Source: Rhodocyclaceae bacterium (GTDB taxonomy: Bacteria; Pseudomonadota; Gammaproteobacteria; Burkholderiales; Rhodocyclaceae). From it: DNA of 62,599 bases. Numbering within the stretch: the first letter of the stretch is position 1; every line of letters starts with the position of its first letter. The position numbers and the translations under genes were made by a program. The DNA is taken from the NCBI GenBank assembly GCA_019750575.1, contig JAIEOJ010000004.1, positions 1-62,599 on the forward strand. The letters are read 5' to 3'. Under the pieces are notes generated by a model. That model did not search any database, was not told the DNA's origin, and saw only the letters and a list, made by a program, of their open reading frames with translations. Positions 44,236-55,213 of the stretch are shown here, piece after piece.

Positions 44236-44275
44236 GGAAAACATAGCCGTGCCATTGCGACACGGCTATGTTTCC
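44236..44275. terminator. Long hairpin between convergent genes (glutaredoxin-like gene and cusA)
   Basis: GGAAAACATAGCCGTG-N9-CACGGCTATGTTTCC (one bulged A). Confidence 0.65.
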
Positions 44276-44278
44276 AGT

Positions 44279-47200
44279 TTACTTCACATGTTTGTTGTGC
44301 CGCATCAAGCGATACGCAGCCGGCACAACGAACAACGACAGTAGTGGCGCGGTAATCATGCCGCCTACCATGGGTGCCGCAATCCGGCTCATGACCTCGC
44401 TGCCGGTGCCGCTGCCCCACAGGATGGGCAACAAGCCAGCGATGATGACAGCTACGGTCATCGCTTTCGGACGAACCCGTAGCACAGCCCCTTCCCTGAT
44501 CGCATCGAGCAAGCCCTCGTCGTCTTCCTTGCCGGCATCAATGCGCTCATGCCAAGCCTGTTTCAGGTAGACCAGCATGATGACGCCGAACTCGGCCGAG
44601 ACCCCGGCAAGCGCAATGAAGCCAATTCCGGTTGCAACCGATAGGTTGTAGCCCATGAGGTAGAGAAACCAGACACCGCCGGTCAGCGCGAACGGCAGCG
44701 TCGCCATGATCAGCAGCGCCTCGTCCATACGCGCGAAGGTCAAATACAGCAGCACGAAGATGATCAGCAAAGTCGCCGGCACCACCAGCTTCAGACGTGC
44801 ATTGGCGCGTTCCAGGAATTCGAACTGCCCTGAATAGGCAAGGCTCATCCCCGGCGCCAGCTTGACCTCCTTGGCGACGGCGGCGCGCAGGTCGTGCACG
44901 ACGGATGCCAGGTCGCGGCCGCGGACATCGACATACACCCAGCCCGAAGGACGGGCGTTCTCGCTCTTCAGCATGGGCGGCCCGTCCGATACCTTGACCT
45001 TGGCCACCATGCCGAGCGTGATCTGGCTGCCCATAGCAGTGACGATGGGCAGTTGCGTCAAACGATCGACGGTGTCACGCCATTCGCGTGGGTAGCGGAC
45101 GTTGATGGGATAGCGCGCCAGGCCTTCCACCGTCTCGCCAATGTTGTCGCCACCAATCAGGCTGCTAACCACCGACTGGACCTCGGCGATATTGAGGCCG
45201 TAGCGTGCAGCGGCCACACGGTCGATGTCGACATCCACATAACGGCCACCCGTCAGCCGTTCGGCCAGCGCCGAGGAGACGCCGGGGACAGTCTTCGCCA
45301 CATGCTCGACAGCCTGGGCCACCCGGTCGATGTCATCGAGGTTCGTACCGGCAATCTTCACGCCGATCGGACTCTTGATGCCTGTCGCCAGCATGTCGAT
45401 CCGGTTGCGGATCGGCGGGATCCAGATATTGCTGAGACCTGGCACCTTCACTGTTCGGTCCAGCTCCTCGACCAGCTTTTCCGGGGTCATGCCGGGACGC
45501 CATTCGTCGCGCGGCTTGAACTGGATCGTGGTCTCGAACATCTCCAGCGGCGCGGGGTCGGTGGCAGACTCGGCCCGTCCAGCTTTACCAAATACATGGG
45601 CGACCTCGGGCACTGTCTTGATCATGCGATCCGTCAGCTGCAGTAGCTCAGAGGCCTTCTGCGCAGAGAGCCCAGGCAAGGCCGACGGCATGTAAAGCAA
45701 ATCCCCTTCGTCGAGCGGCGGCAGGAACTCGCCACCGAGGCGGCTGGCCGGCCAGAGCGCCGTCAGAAAGACAATGCCCGCGACAAGCAGTGTGAACTTG
45801 GGGCGCGCCAGTACCTTGTCGAGCAATGGACGGTAGGCACGGATCAATACCCGGTTGAGCGGATTGCGCGATTCGTCCGGCAGCTTGCCGCGTATCCAAT
45901 AGCCCATCAGGATAGGAATCAGAGTGACTGACAAGCCGGCCGCTGCGGCCATCGCGTAGGTCTTGGTAAAGGCCAAGGGGCCGAATAAGCGGCCTTCCTG
46001 CGCTTCCAGGGTAAAGACCGGGATGAAAGACAGCGTAATGATGAGCAGTGAGAAGAACAGCGCCGGGCCGACCTCGATGGCCGCCTCCGTCATGACGTGC
46101 CAGTGCGTTTCGCCCTTGAGTTCCTGGTCCGGGTGCGCGTGTTGCCATGCCTCGACTTTCTTGTGGGCGTTCTCGATCATGACCACCGCAGCATCCACCA
46201 TGGCGCCGATGGCAATGGCGATACCGCCCAGCGACATGATGTTGGCGTTGATGCCCTGATGCCGCATGATGATGAAGGCGGCAAGGATGCCCAAGGGCAG
46301 CGACACGATGGCGACCATAGCGGAACGCAGATGCCAGAGGAACATCGCGCAGACCAGGGCCACGACGATGAATTCCTCGATCAGCTTGTGCGTGAGGTTT
46401 TCGACGGCGCGGTCGATCAGCTTGCTGCGGTCGTAGGTCGTGACAATTTCGACGCCCTTGGGCAGGCTGGCTTTGAGCTCATCCAGCTTGGCATGCACGG
46501 CGGCAATCGTCTCGCGGGCGTTCTTGCCCGAGCGCAGGATGACCACGCCGCCGACGCTCTCGCCTTCACCGTCAAGGTCCGCAATCCCGCGGCGCATCTC
46601 CGGCCCGAGTTGAACGGTCGCTACGTCGCCCAGCGTGATGGGCACGCTGCCGGCAAGCTTGACGGGAATGGCGCGGAAGTCGGCCACCGACTTCAGGTAG
46701 CCGCTGGCGCGCACCATCATCTCGGCCTCGCCTTGCTCCAGCACCGCACCGCCGGTTTCCTGGTTGGCCATGTTGATGGCCTCGATGACCTGCGCATGCG
46801 TGATGCCCCGGCTGGCGAGCCGCACCGGATCGAGCACGACCTGGTACTGCTTGACCATGCCGCCGACCGTCGCCACCTCGGCCACATTGGGCAAAGTCTT
46901 GAGTTCGAACTTGAGGAACCAGTCCTGTAAGGACCTCAACTGCGCCAGGTCATGCTGGCCTGTGCGGTCGACCAAGGCGTACTGGTAAATCCAGCCTACA
47001 CCAGTGGCGTCCGGCCCGAGGGATGCCTTGGCCGAAGCCGGCAGGCGGCCTTGAACCTGATTCAGATATTCCAGCACGCGCGAGCGCGCCCAGTACAGAT
47101 CGGTCCCATCCTCGAACAGCACATAGACGAAGCTATCGCCGAAGAAGGAGAAGCCGCGCACCGCCTTCGCACCGGGAACCGACAGCATGGTCGTCGCCAG

Positions 47201-47404
47201 CGGATAGGTGACCTGGTTCTCGACAATCTGCGGGGCTTGGCCGGGATAGCTGGTGCGAATGATGACCTGCACGTCCGAGAGGTCGGGCAAGGCATCGATG
47301 GGGGTCGTCTTGATCGACCAGATGCCCCAGGCCGTAATGAAGACGGTCGCCAGCAGCACCAGAAAGCGGTTCGCCACCGACCAGCGTATGAGCTTGGCGA
47401 TCAT
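44279..47404 (-). CDS. cusA: Heavy-metal (Cu/Ag-type) RND efflux pump, CusA/CzcA family
   Basis: 1041 aa starting [23 protein letters not shown]... It has 12-TM RND architecture and Met-rich periplasmic segments. Confidence 0.9.
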   Translation of the reverse strand: MIAKLIRWSVANRFLVLLATVFITAWGIWSIKTTPIDALPDLSDVQVIIRTSYPGQAPQIVENQVTYPLATTMLSVPGAKAVRGFSFFGDSFVYVLFEDGTDLYWARSRVLEYLNQVQGRLPASAKASLGPDATGVGWIYQYALVDRTGQHDLAQLRSLQDWFLKFELKTLPNVAEVATVGGMVKQYQVVLDPVRLASRGITHAQVIEAINMANQETGGAVLEQGEAEMMVRASGYLKSVADFRAIPVKLAGSVPITLGDVATVQLGPEMRRGIADLDGEGESVGGVVILRSGKNARETIAAVHAKLDELKASLPKGVEIVTTYDRSKLIDRAVENLTHKLIEEFIVVALVCAMFLWHLRSAMVAIVSLPLGILAAFIIMRHQGINANIMSLGGIAIAIGAMVDAAVVMIENAHKKVEAWQHAHPDQELKGETHWHVMTEAAIEVGPALFFSLLIITLSFIPVFTLEAQEGRLFGPLAFTKTYAMAAAAGLSVTLIPILMGYWIRGKLPDESRNPLNRVLIRAYRPLLDKVLARPKFTLLVAGIVFLTALWPASRLGGEFLPPLDEGDLLYMPSALPGLSAQKASELLQLTDRMIKTVPEVAHVFGKAGRAESATDPAPLEMFETTIQFKPRDEWRPGMTPEKLVEELDRTVKVPGLSNIWIPPIRNRIDMLATGIKSPIGVKIAGTNLDDIDRVAQAVEHVAKTVPGVSSALAERLTGGRYVDVDIDRVAAARYGLNIAEVQSVVSSLIGGDNIGETVEGLARYPINVRYPREWRDTVDRLTQLPIVTAMGSQITLGMVAKVKVSDGPPMLKSENARPSGWVYVDVRGRDLASVVHDLRAAVAKEVKLAPGMSLAYSGQFEFLERANARLKLVVPATLLIIFVLLYLTFARMDEALLIMATLPFALTGGVWFLYLMGYNLSVATGIGFIALAGVSAEFGVIMLVYLKQAWHERIDAGKEDDEGLLDAIREGAVLRVRPKAMTVAVIIAGLLPILWGSGTGSEVMSRIAAPMVGGMITAPLLSLFVVPAAYRLMRHNKHVK

Positions 47405-48876
47405 TGGGCTTTTCCTTCCAGTTTCTGCAGACGCTCAACGACTAGGCCATCGTCACCCTCACGCACGCCGACCCGAACGCGGTCGCCGGCCTTGAAGTCT
47501 TTGACCAGTTCCGGATTCGCTAGGGGGAACGGCATGGTCATGCCGGGCATGGACAGGGTTTTGAAAGGCCCGTGCGCCAGGGTGATTTCCTTGTCGCTGA
47601 CGTCGACGATGCGCGCATCGGCTTCATGCAGCGACACAGCCGCAGGCATAGTTGCCGCCGTCTTGGCGGTGATGCCCTTGAGGCTGGCTTCGGAGTCGAT
47701 GAGGAATTGGCCGCTGGCGACGACTTGCTGCCCCTCAGACAGACCGCTCTTGATGATGGTCCGGTCGCCAACATCGCCGCCCAGCACCACTTCCACCGGC
47801 TCATATCGACCTCCTTCCGTGGCAACCATGACCAAGGAGCGTTTGCCCGTACGAATCACTGCCTCGGTCGGTACGGATAGCGCGTTCTCCTTCGACGCAT
47901 TGCCGAGTGAAACCTGGGCCGACTGACCCGGATGCAACAGGCCCTTGGTATTGGGCAGTTCGACCCGGACGCGCAAGCTACGGGAGACATCGTTCAACAC
48001 CGGGACGATGGCCGCCACCTTGCCGGTTACCGGCGTGTCATTGCCTGCCACCATGGCAGTCGCTTTTGCACCGGGCTGAACTTGCGCGGCCAATGCCTCG
48101 GGCACGGCGACCTCAAGCCAAACCGTAGACAGGCCATTGATGCGGACCAGGGCTTGCCCAGCCATCAACGTCATGCCATTGCGTACGTCGAGGCTCTGAA
48201 TAACCCCGCTGATCGGCGCAGTGACGGTAAAGCGCGCCCTTGGCTGGCCGGACGACTCGACCTCACGGATCATGCCGTCGCTCATGCCGACCGAACGCAG
48301 GCGATCACGCGCAGCGGCGAGCAATGCCGGATCGCCGGCCGATTTGAGCGCCAGGAACTCATGCTGGGCCGAAAGCCAGTCCGGCACCTGGACGTCGACC
48401 AGCGCCTGCCCGGCCTTGACCACATCGCCGGGCGCCAGAGAGGCCACACGCTCGACGAAGCTAGCCGCCCGGCTCTGCACAATCGCCACATCCCGCTCAT
48501 TGAAGCCAATCACGCCGGTCGCATCGACCTGCGATGCCAGCGAAATGCTCGTCACCGGCGCCAGGCGCATGCCCAGGCTTTGGGTGATGGACGGGTCGAT
48601 CTTGACCCCGGCCGCCTCGCCATCGCCATCCGCATACTTGGGCACTAGCGCCATGTCCATGAAGGGCGACTGCCCAGGCTTGTCGAATTTCTGCTGCGGA
48701 TACATGGGGTCGTACCAGTACAGCACCTTGCCTTGGCCGCTCGCCTGCCCAGGCTCGCCCATCTCCATGGCGGCCATCGAGCGTTGCGACCACCACCAGC
48801 CGCCTGCCGCGCCGATAGCCAACAGTGCCGTGCCGACGGCGGCAGAAATCAGCGTTTGTTTGTTCATGCGTTTCAT
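47401..48876 (-). CDS. cusB: RND periplasmic adaptor CusB with a C-terminal CusF-like metallochaperone domain
   Basis: It has an N-terminal [27 protein letters not shown] heavy-metal-binding motif and a membrane-fusion core. The C-terminal ~90 aa ([39 protein letters not shown]) parallels the CusF at 50602..50934. Confidence 0.85.
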   Translation of the reverse strand: MKRMNKQTLISAAVGTALLAIGAAGGWWWSQRSMAAMEMGEPGQASGQGKVLYWYDPMYPQQKFDKPGQSPFMDMALVPKYADGDGEAAGVKIDPSITQSLGMRLAPVTSISLASQVDATGVIGFNERDVAIVQSRAASFVERVASLAPGDVVKAGQALVDVQVPDWLSAQHEFLALKSAGDPALLAAARDRLRSVGMSDGMIREVESSGQPRARFTVTAPISGVIQSLDVRNGMTLMAGQALVRINGLSTVWLEVAVPEALAAQVQPGAKATAMVAGNDTPVTGKVAAIVPVLNDVSRSLRVRVELPNTKGLLHPGQSAQVSLGNASKENALSVPTEAVIRTGKRSLVMVATEGGRYEPVEVVLGGDVGDRTIIKSGLSEGQQVVASGQFLIDSEASLKGITAKTAATMPAAVSLHEADARIVDVSDKEITLAHGPFKTLSMPGMTMPFPLANPELVKDFKAGDRVRVGVREGDDGLVVERLQKLEGKAQ

Positions 48877-50147
48877 TGTTGTTCTCCAGAAACTTCGCCA
48901 TAGGCGTAGTGCAGCCGTGCCGCCATCTGCTGGCGTTCGCCTTCAACGGCGATGGCCTTGAGTTCGGTATCGATGCGTTCCCGACGAGCTGCGACAACGT
49001 CGGCCAACATGCCTTTGCCGCCGCGCCAGGCAGCGGTGGTAAGACGAACCTTTTCTTCGGCGAGGGGCAACAGAATGTCGCGTTGGCGCTTTGAGGCATT
49101 GCTCAAGCGCTGGTAGTCTGCCCAGTCCACATCCAGCATGGCGATGTGCTCGCGCAAGGTGGCTTCACGTTCCGCATCCAGGGCACTACGTTCGGCCTGA
49201 CGCGCCGCAATCTGCGGGCCCTGGCGCGATCCGGAGAACACCGGAAGATCGAGGCGGAGCTGCACGGAAACCATGTCGCCGAATTCCGGGGCGCGCTTTT
49301 GGTAGGCCACGTCGACACCCCAGTCAGGCCGCTTGCCGGCTTTGGCCTCGGCGAGTTCGGCATCCAGGACCTTGGTTCTGGGCTCGAACAAGGCGAGTTC
49401 GGGATGCTGATGCAGAGTGTGCACCAATCGATCGCGACTGAGATTCCAGTCCGGAGGGGCGCCGGCCAGCGGCAGTTCGCCATCTGAACCCAGCCAGCGC
49501 TTCAAGGCGGCCACGGCCTGTTGGCGTCTCGCGGCCAGTTCATCGCGGCGCTCTTCGATCATCGCCGCTTCCTGACGCGGCATGACGGCATCCGCCGCCG
49601 AGCCCTTGCCGCCAGCGAGCTGGGCGCGAACGGCATTGGCAAGGAGCGAATTCTCCGCAACCAGGGCATCGATACGCGCAAGCTGCTGCTCGACGGTGTT
49701 GCGGGCGATCCATGCAGTTGCGGTTTCACGCAGGACGGTGAGTCGCGTCACTCGCGTCTGCGCTTCGGCGAGTTCCACCCGACCGTTGGCGGCAGCGATA
49801 CGCGCATCGCGCTTTGCGCCATTGGGGATGTCCTGACTGATGCCGATGCGCTGCATCGTCATGGAGTCTTTGTTCAGGCTGTAACGATCCTGACCCTGGA
49901 TGGGCAGGTTGTCGATGCCGAGCGCGAGCTTCGGGTCTGGCAATTCGCCGGCCGGTGTGACGGAATAGCGCGCCGCATCGACTTGCGCCGTATTGGCGCG
50001 CAAGGCCGGCGTGTCGCTGACTGCCGTTGTCAGCGCCTTCTGGAAGGTCAAGGATTGGGCAAAGGTGGTCGATGACAATCCGATTAAAGAGGCGAATATC
50101 AGTGTTCGCGAAAGACTCGGTGTCTTTGCACAAATATGGGAAATCAT
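48873..50147 (-). CDS. cusC: Outer-membrane efflux protein (TolC/CusC family)
   Basis: 424 aa with a signal peptide and OEP repeat structure. It overlaps the cusB start by 4 nt. Confidence 0.85.
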   Translation of the reverse strand: MISHICAKTPSLSRTLIFASLIGLSSTTFAQSLTFQKALTTAVSDTPALRANTAQVDAARYSVTPAGELPDPKLALGIDNLPIQGQDRYSLNKDSMTMQRIGISQDIPNGAKRDARIAAANGRVELAEAQTRVTRLTVLRETATAWIARNTVEQQLARIDALVAENSLLANAVRAQLAGGKGSAADAVMPRQEAAMIEERRDELAARRQQAVAALKRWLGSDGELPLAGAPPDWNLSRDRLVHTLHQHPELALFEPRTKVLDAELAEAKAGKRPDWGVDVAYQKRAPEFGDMVSVQLRLDLPVFSGSRQGPQIAARQAERSALDAEREATLREHIAMLDVDWADYQRLSNASKRQRDILLPLAEEKVRLTTAAWRGGKGMLADVVAARRERIDTELKAIAVEGERQQMAARLHYAYGEVSGEQQ

Positions 50148-50233
50148 GTCGGGCTCCAGTTACTGTCTGGCACTCACAAGGTTTAGGGATAGAAAGGACA
50201 AACGGCAGAAGCCGTCTGTCCTCTCTCCTCAAC

Positions 50234-50512
50234 TTAGAGCTTCGGATTCAGCGTTCCTTTTTCGGAAAGCGTCTTCCAGATGGCGTCGTTTTTCATGACG
50301 TACGTCATTCCGTCTTTGCCTTGCATGGGGATGTTGTCGCGCATCAGGACACGTTTTCCGGCTGCATCCAGGTGAACCATTTCGCCGTTTTTCTTCACGG
50401 TCAAGGTGCCGCCGTCTGTCAGTTGAGCGACCTCACCGGACTTCATAGGCATGTCTGCTGCAAACACGGTGAGAGGGAGAGCCAGCATCAGAGAAAGAAT
50501 GGTGTTACGCAT
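50234..50512 (-). CDS. Small Met-rich periplasmic protein, CopK-like
   Basis: Signal peptide MRNTILSLMLALPLTVFA. The mature sequence ...GTLTVKKNGEMVHLDAAGKRVLMRDNIPMQGKDGMTYVMKNDAIWKTL parallels my memory of Cupriavidus CopK. Confidence 0.45.
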   Translation of the reverse strand: MRNTILSLMLALPLTVFAADMPMKSGEVAQLTDGGTLTVKKNGEMVHLDAAGKRVLMRDNIPMQGKDGMTYVMKNDAIWKTLSEKGTLNPKL

Positions 50513-50601
50513 AGTGGTATTCCTTTAAATAAACAAATAGATTGAATGCGCAGCCCGACACCGCTTGATGTAGCGGTTGCCTTTGGGTGCGTGGTTATTA
50601 A

Positions 50602-50934
50602 CTACTTCGCTAGTTCGAGCTTGGTGACCGTGATGGCGCCATTCACCATGTCTGCGGTGAAGTTGACCTGATCGCCGACCTTGATCTGTTTCAAGAGGGC
50701 GGGATCCTTGACACTAAAGCTCATGGTCATGCCAGGCATGCCAAGGTTCTTGAGTGGGCCATGCTTGATCGTGACGAGTTTCGCTCCGGTATCAATCTTC
50801 TTGATTTCACCGTGGGTCATATCGGTAGATTCCGGCATGGTTTTCATGTCGTCATGCGTCTTGTTGCTTTGAGCATGGACGAAAGTAGCCGGCAGGAGAG
50901 CCAGTGCGGCCACCAGTGGGATGGAGGTTTTCAT
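50602..50934 (-). CDS. cusF: Periplasmic Cu(I)/Ag(I) chaperone CusF
   Basis: Signal peptide, then GEIKKIDTGAKLVTIKHGPLKNLGMPGMTMSFSVKDPALLKQIKVGDQVNF. Confidence 0.8.
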   Translation of the reverse strand: MKTSIPLVAALALLPATFVHAQSNKTHDDMKTMPESTDMTHGEIKKIDTGAKLVTIKHGPLKNLGMPGMTMSFSVKDPALLKQIKVGDQVNFTADMVNGAITVTKLELAK

Positions 50935-51058
50935 GTGATTCCTTCGAATTCCAATTGGCTTACGGGCGTCCGAACAGAAAATGTTCGCAAAAGAACCCGC
51001 ATAGCCAAAGCGATGCGTGAATCCGTGCCAAAGGCACGGAGTTATCGGCCGCTAGGAA

Positions 51059-51430
51059 TTACGCGCGTGCTGGCGGACGCCAGACGCTAGATGCGTCGAA
51101 GGAGCGTACGGAATGTACGAGAGAGGGGTATTGCGTAGTTTGCTCCATCGGGAAATGGAGCGAAGGGGCTGTACTTACAGGGTATTGCGCGGAGACCGGG
51201 CAATCTTGTCCCGTCTTGCACATCTTGCCGGTCTTTGCAGCGGTACTGGCATCATTGCAACAGTCGTGATCGCCCATTGCCTGTTGGTGCGTGTCCGCCG
51301 CCTGCATTTGCGCCATACCACCAGACTGCTCCATCGGGCATGGTGCCGAGAGCGTGTGTACGCTAGCAATGCCCTGGAGGGGAATCGCTAAACACAACAG
51401 CATCAGCAAGAAAAGGCGGAACTTACGCAT
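51059..51430 (-). CDS. Secreted Cys/Met/His-containing hypothetical protein (possibly CzcI/DUF2946-like)
   Basis: Signal peptide MRKFRLFLLMLLCLAIPLQGIAS, with motifs CPMEQSGGMAQMQ, HDCCND and CKTGQDCP. Confidence 0.55.
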   Translation of the reverse strand: MRKFRLFLLMLLCLAIPLQGIASVHTLSAPCPMEQSGGMAQMQAADTHQQAMGDHDCCNDASTAAKTGKMCKTGQDCPVSAQYPVSTAPSLHFPMEQTTQYPSLVHSVRSFDASSVWRPPARA

Positions 51431-51598
51431 GGGCGAATTCTAGAATAAATTCCCGGTATCAGTAAAGCCGGGACCAACGTTAGATGCTTCTGGGCGGAAC
51501 AGTTCCTTGACTGATCTGAATTTTGACCAGAGCAGCCGAGGAGGTACATCAGCCATTTACGGGATTGCCGTATGGCCGATAGGTCGTGATTGAAACCC

Positions 51599-52234
51599 TC
51601 AACCCTCATCGCTATCAGTCACAACACCTATATTCCGAACTTCACCAACGGGGGGAATCCTGGGGCGGCGGCGAGGTCGAGCAAATAAGGTTGGTGTCAG
51701 AGTATGTTCGATCGGGACCCATACCCAGACGAACAGGGCTGGCAGCGGAATAGCTGTCGAAGGATCCGGCATACCGCTGGTAGGCGTATTTCCGCAAAAG
51801 TCGGCCAACCACGCGGAAGCCTCCTGAATGTGCGCGGTGCATGAATCGATACTGCGCCCATCAAGGCAAGCGGGATCGAGGAGTGGATTATTTGCGGACA
51901 GGGAGCCATCCGTGCGCTCGCAATGCACGATCAGCGAAGAGAGAGACGAGGTGCTATGTGCCGATCTCTCCGTCTTGTCGATACAGAGATGCTTTTTCCC
52001 ATACGCGATCAGTTGCTGAAGCATCGCTTCGACGTTTGGTCGGCGTGCCATGCTCATAACCGACTCTGCTTGTCTTTCGGTACCGGCTACGCTGGGTGAC
52101 GCGAGGCGAGGCTCGCTCTGCGTCTTCAACAAGGATGGGAAGCTCATGGCGACACTTGTCGTAAGCGGGCTATCGACCCGGGAAACGCGTGGCGAAACAT
52201 AGGATACCGGCGATAACGAGCCAATAGTATTCAT
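51599..52234 (-). CDS. Hypothetical protein (211 aa, six Cys, no signal peptide recognised)
   Basis: Strong AGGAGG RBS 6 nt upstream of the ATG. No recognisable family. Confidence 0.55.
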   Translation of the reverse strand: MNTIGSLSPVSYVSPRVSRVDSPLTTSVAMSFPSLLKTQSEPRLASPSVAGTERQAESVMSMARRPNVEAMLQQLIAYGKKHLCIDKTERSAHSTSSLSSLIVHCERTDGSLSANNPLLDPACLDGRSIDSCTAHIQEASAWLADFCGNTPTSGMPDPSTAIPLPALFVWVWVPIEHTLTPTLFARPRRRPRIPPVGEVRNIGVVTDSDEG

Positions 52235-52267
52235 ATGAGCCTCCTACTGAAAACCGTGAGCTAAAAG

Positions 52268-52546
52268 CTATTGGACTCCGTCTGGAGAGTTTGCGGCGAT
52301 CTTTCCCAGGCCAGTCCAGAGTTGTTCACAAGTCGGGTGTTTGCCGTTGTCGGTGCCATTGCACTCGGACATGAATTCGTCCCCGATATCTCCCAGGACA
52401 TCCGCTTCAGCCAAGTGCGTGGTACTCACTTGGGTCTGGATCTGGGGGTGAGCTTCATGCTTAGCCGGGAAACTCTTGGAAATGACAGCCCCACTGCTGA
52501 GGGCAAAAATAAGCGCTGCGGTACCGATGGAGAGAGTGCGTTTCAT
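52268..52546 (-). CDS. Small secreted hypothetical protein
   Basis: Signal peptide MKRTLSIGTAALIFALSSGAV. Two Cys (SECNG...HPTCEQLW). It lies between the redoxin and the 211-aa orphan on the same strand. Confidence 0.5.
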   Translation of the reverse strand: MKRTLSIGTAALIFALSSGAVISKSFPAKHEAHPQIQTQVSTTHLAEADVLGDIGDEFMSECNGTDNGKHPTCEQLWTGLGKIAANSPDGVQ

Positions 52547-52576
52547 TTTGAGCTTTCTGTATGCCTGTGTAATGGA

Positions 52577-53206
52577 TTAACCGTTGCTCCCGCGCCCATC
52601 TATTGGGGCGGAGGCGGCGTCTTTTGTATTTGCTTCACGCAACAATTGCTGGATGACCTGTTCGGACTCGACGTAGGCGCCTTCACCGAAGTGGTGGTAG
52701 CGAATCCGGCCGCGCGCATCGACAAAGTAGTGGGCAGGCCAGTAGCGGTTTTGGAACGAACGCCAGATGGTGTAGTTGTTGTCGAGCACGACCGGATGCT
52801 TAATGCCGAGATCACTGATGGCCTTCTTCACATTGCCTAACTCGCCCTCGAAGGGGAATTCCGGGGTATGAATGCCGACGACGACCAGTCCTTGCTTACT
52901 GTACTTTTCGGCCCATGCCTTGACGTAAGGCAGGGTATGCAGGCAATTGATGCAGGAGTAGGTCCAGAACTCGACCAGCACGACTTTGCCGCGTAGAGAT
53001 TCAGCTGTGATCGGGGAAGAGTTGAGCCACTGTATGCCCCCATCAAAAGAAGGTATGGGGCCCTCGTCAGGTAGCCGGGAAAAAGGCCCGGACGGAGCAG
53101 GCGCCTTGGCCTCTTGCCCAAACGAAAAGGTGGACAGGCCCAAGGCCAAGGTTGTTATCAGCAAGGTCACGAGGGATCTCGTACGAGCATGGGACGCAAT
53201 CGACAT
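52577..53206 (-). CDS. Thioredoxin-fold redoxin (DipZ C-terminal / TlpA-like), exported
   Basis: N-terminal hydrophobic anchor, then VVLVEFWTYSCINCLHTLPYV (CxxC) and YWPAHYFVDARGRIRYHHFGEG. Confidence 0.75.
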   Translation of the reverse strand: MSIASHARTRSLVTLLITTLALGLSTFSFGQEAKAPAPSGPFSRLPDEGPIPSFDGGIQWLNSSPITAESLRGKVVLVEFWTYSCINCLHTLPYVKAWAEKYSKQGLVVVGIHTPEFPFEGELGNVKKAISDLGIKHPVVLDNNYTIWRSFQNRYWPAHYFVDARGRIRYHHFGEGAYVESEQVIQQLLREANTKDAASAPIDGRGSNG

Positions 53207-53209
53207 GGC

Positions 53210-53652
53210 GTACCGATGCGCTGCTCACACTACTTTCCCATCTACCAACCGATATCGAAAAGCTTCTGATGGAAGGCGAAGGGCTTGGAGAGTTTGCCTT
53301 GGAGCTTTTCTTGCAGAGCTTGGGTTGCATTGGAACGTTAAAAGGAATTCTGACCTCTGCATTGGTGCGAGCCTTGAGAGGTAATAAGCCAATGACGCGG
53401 GGTTTAGTGCGTCAGTGTTTTTACCCATCTGCGCAGCTCGATAGATTGGAGCAAGAATTAACTGAAGGCATGAAGGCAATCAAGAAGTTCATGAGCAGTG
53501 AGCAATTGGCCTACCGAGCTGAAGCGCGTGGTTCGGATACGCCACCGAGGTCGAACCGGTCTGATTTGAAGCCCGGCGAAAGCAGGCCGTCGCATAGGCG
53601 GCAGGCAACTTCAAGCTGGGATCAAAAGGATTCAGTGCATGGTGATGAATAG
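53210..53652 (+). pseudogene. 3' remnant of a tniB/tnsC-like AAA+ transposition ATPase gene
   Basis: Only the last ~90 residues of the frame look TniB-like (..LELFLQSLGCIGTLKGILTSALVRALRGNKPMTRGLVRQCFYPS). No Walker motifs are present. Further upstream the frame runs antisense into the redoxin gene. Confidence 0.45.
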
Positions 53653-54994
53653 AGCCCCATTGCTGTTTCCTCCTGCCGTCCTGCAGTCAGGTGCTCAACG
53701 GGAGGGATTGAATTCACTCTTCAAAAGATTGTGTGGCTTTAACTATCTTTCGGTGAACGCCGTACTCGGGCAACTGGTTATGCCTATCACAGGTGGAGAT
53801 GGCAGACGACTAACCCGTATGGGATATCCAGGAGAGCTTATTAATCGTGGAATGGAGCCTTCTTCGAGAATCATTTCTGCCATCGCAAGGCTGACGGCCT
53901 GCCCACTGAATTTGGAGGCGCTTACGTTTGGAGAGCTTGCAGGCATACCTGGAAGTAGCGCCATCGGTATGGCCATGTACAGGAAATGGTGCCCCCGGTG
54001 CTTTGAGGACGATTTAGCGACAGAAGCTGGCGCCTATGAACGATTAATTTGGTCACTCTCATCTGTTGAAACGTGCCACACCCATGAGTGTTTGTTGGTG
54101 AACAAATGCCGGCACTGTGGGAAAGGGCCTTTCCGGATGCTGCTTGGCCGGGATCTGCCTGGTTTCTGTCCCGCGTGCCAAGCCTGGCTAGGAGACGAAT
54201 CCGTCGACCGCGTTTCAAAGCAAGACCCTAATGGGAGATTCCTAATCTGGGTAGCAAGCTCATACGCGACATTGTTGAACGATCCGTTAGATGATTTACC
54301 GGATGTTAGGGAGAGCTTCAGTCGAATTTTGTACGCACTTCTTGATCACCGCTTTGAGGGCGTCCAGGTTCATTTGGCAAATGCACTGCAGCGGAATCGA
54401 TCCGTTATCAATACATGGTTGCATAAGAGGGCGTCTCCGAGCTGGATGGTACTGATGGAGCTGAGTTACATGTTCCAGTTGCCAGTTGAAGAAATCCTGA
54501 GGGGCAATATAGATTGCGTCGAATTTTCTTCAGAGCAGGTACCACCCCCAACCACTTTGGTTCGGCTGTCTAATCCCAGAAAAAAGCCGAAGAAGCGGGA
54601 TCCAGATGAGCTGAGTCGGTTTCTTTTGCGCGTCGAAAATGGTGAGCTTCCTGGGGTGACCACAATGAGGGAAGTTGCCGTCAGGCTTGGTCTTGATCCG
54701 AGAGAACTCTCTCGTCTGTTGCCAGTTGAGTCTGCCCGGCTGTCGCAAATCTTGAAAGGAAGGCGGCAAGCTGCAGGGCAATTGAAGAGGCAGGAATATC
54801 GAGCATCTTTGCAGCGGCATGTTCCGATGGTGGTTCGACGGCTCCTGGATGACGGCATCACAGTTCACCGAAGATCGGTGGATCAGGCGTTGGCGAAGTC
54901 TGGAATCAAATCTCGGAGGAGTGAGGCCCGCTATGTAAAAGAGCTGGTAAGCGAGGCTATGAGCTTTTTCGACAGCCTAGAAGCGTCTTCCTAA
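53639..54994 (+). CDS. tniQ: TniQ-family transposition target-selection protein (intact)
   Basis: 451 aa with the N-terminal TniQ pattern (PLLFPPAVLQSGAQREGLNSLFKRLCGFNYLS) and a Cys4-type segment (WCPRCFEDD...CHTHECLLVNKCRHCGK...CPAC). It overlaps the tniB-remnant stop. Confidence 0.7.
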   Translation: MVMNRAPLLFPPAVLQSGAQREGLNSLFKRLCGFNYLSVNAVLGQLVMPITGGDGRRLTRMGYPGELINRGMEPSSRIISAIARLTACPLNLEALTFGELAGIPGSSAIGMAMYRKWCPRCFEDDLATEAGAYERLIWSLSSVETCHTHECLLVNKCRHCGKGPFRMLLGRDLPGFCPACQAWLGDESVDRVSKQDPNGRFLIWVASSYATLLNDPLDDLPDVRESFSRILYALLDHRFEGVQVHLANALQRNRSVINTWLHKRASPSWMVLMELSYMFQLPVEEILRGNIDCVEFSSEQVPPPTTLVRLSNPRKKPKKRDPDELSRFLLRVENGELPGVTTMREVAVRLGLDPRELSRLLPVESARLSQILKGRRQAAGQLKRQEYRASLQRHVPMVVRRLLDDGITVHRRSVDQALAKSGIKSRRSEARYVKELVSEAMSFFDSLEASS

Positions 54995-55213
54995 GCGATC
55001 TCTTAGGGGAGGCGTGAGCAGCAGCCCAAACAATTTTTGAAAGCCTCTTGGCCCCTATTAGACCCATGGGATGAAGGGTCTCAAGACAGGCGGCGTTTGA
55101 CTCTACCACCCGAGAAATCAGATGGTAGAGCCTTATGCTGTTGTTTTGAAGCGGATTCCGGCAATTTCTTGCTGTGTCGGAATTCCGGCATAAAGTGCTC
55201 AAACGAGCAATTT

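Noticed and set aside
53152-53652. 166-aa ORF taken as an intact gene
   Set aside because: Its first ~20 codons run antisense through the start of the redoxin gene. Only the C-terminal part resembles TniB, so it is annotated as a 3' remnant instead.
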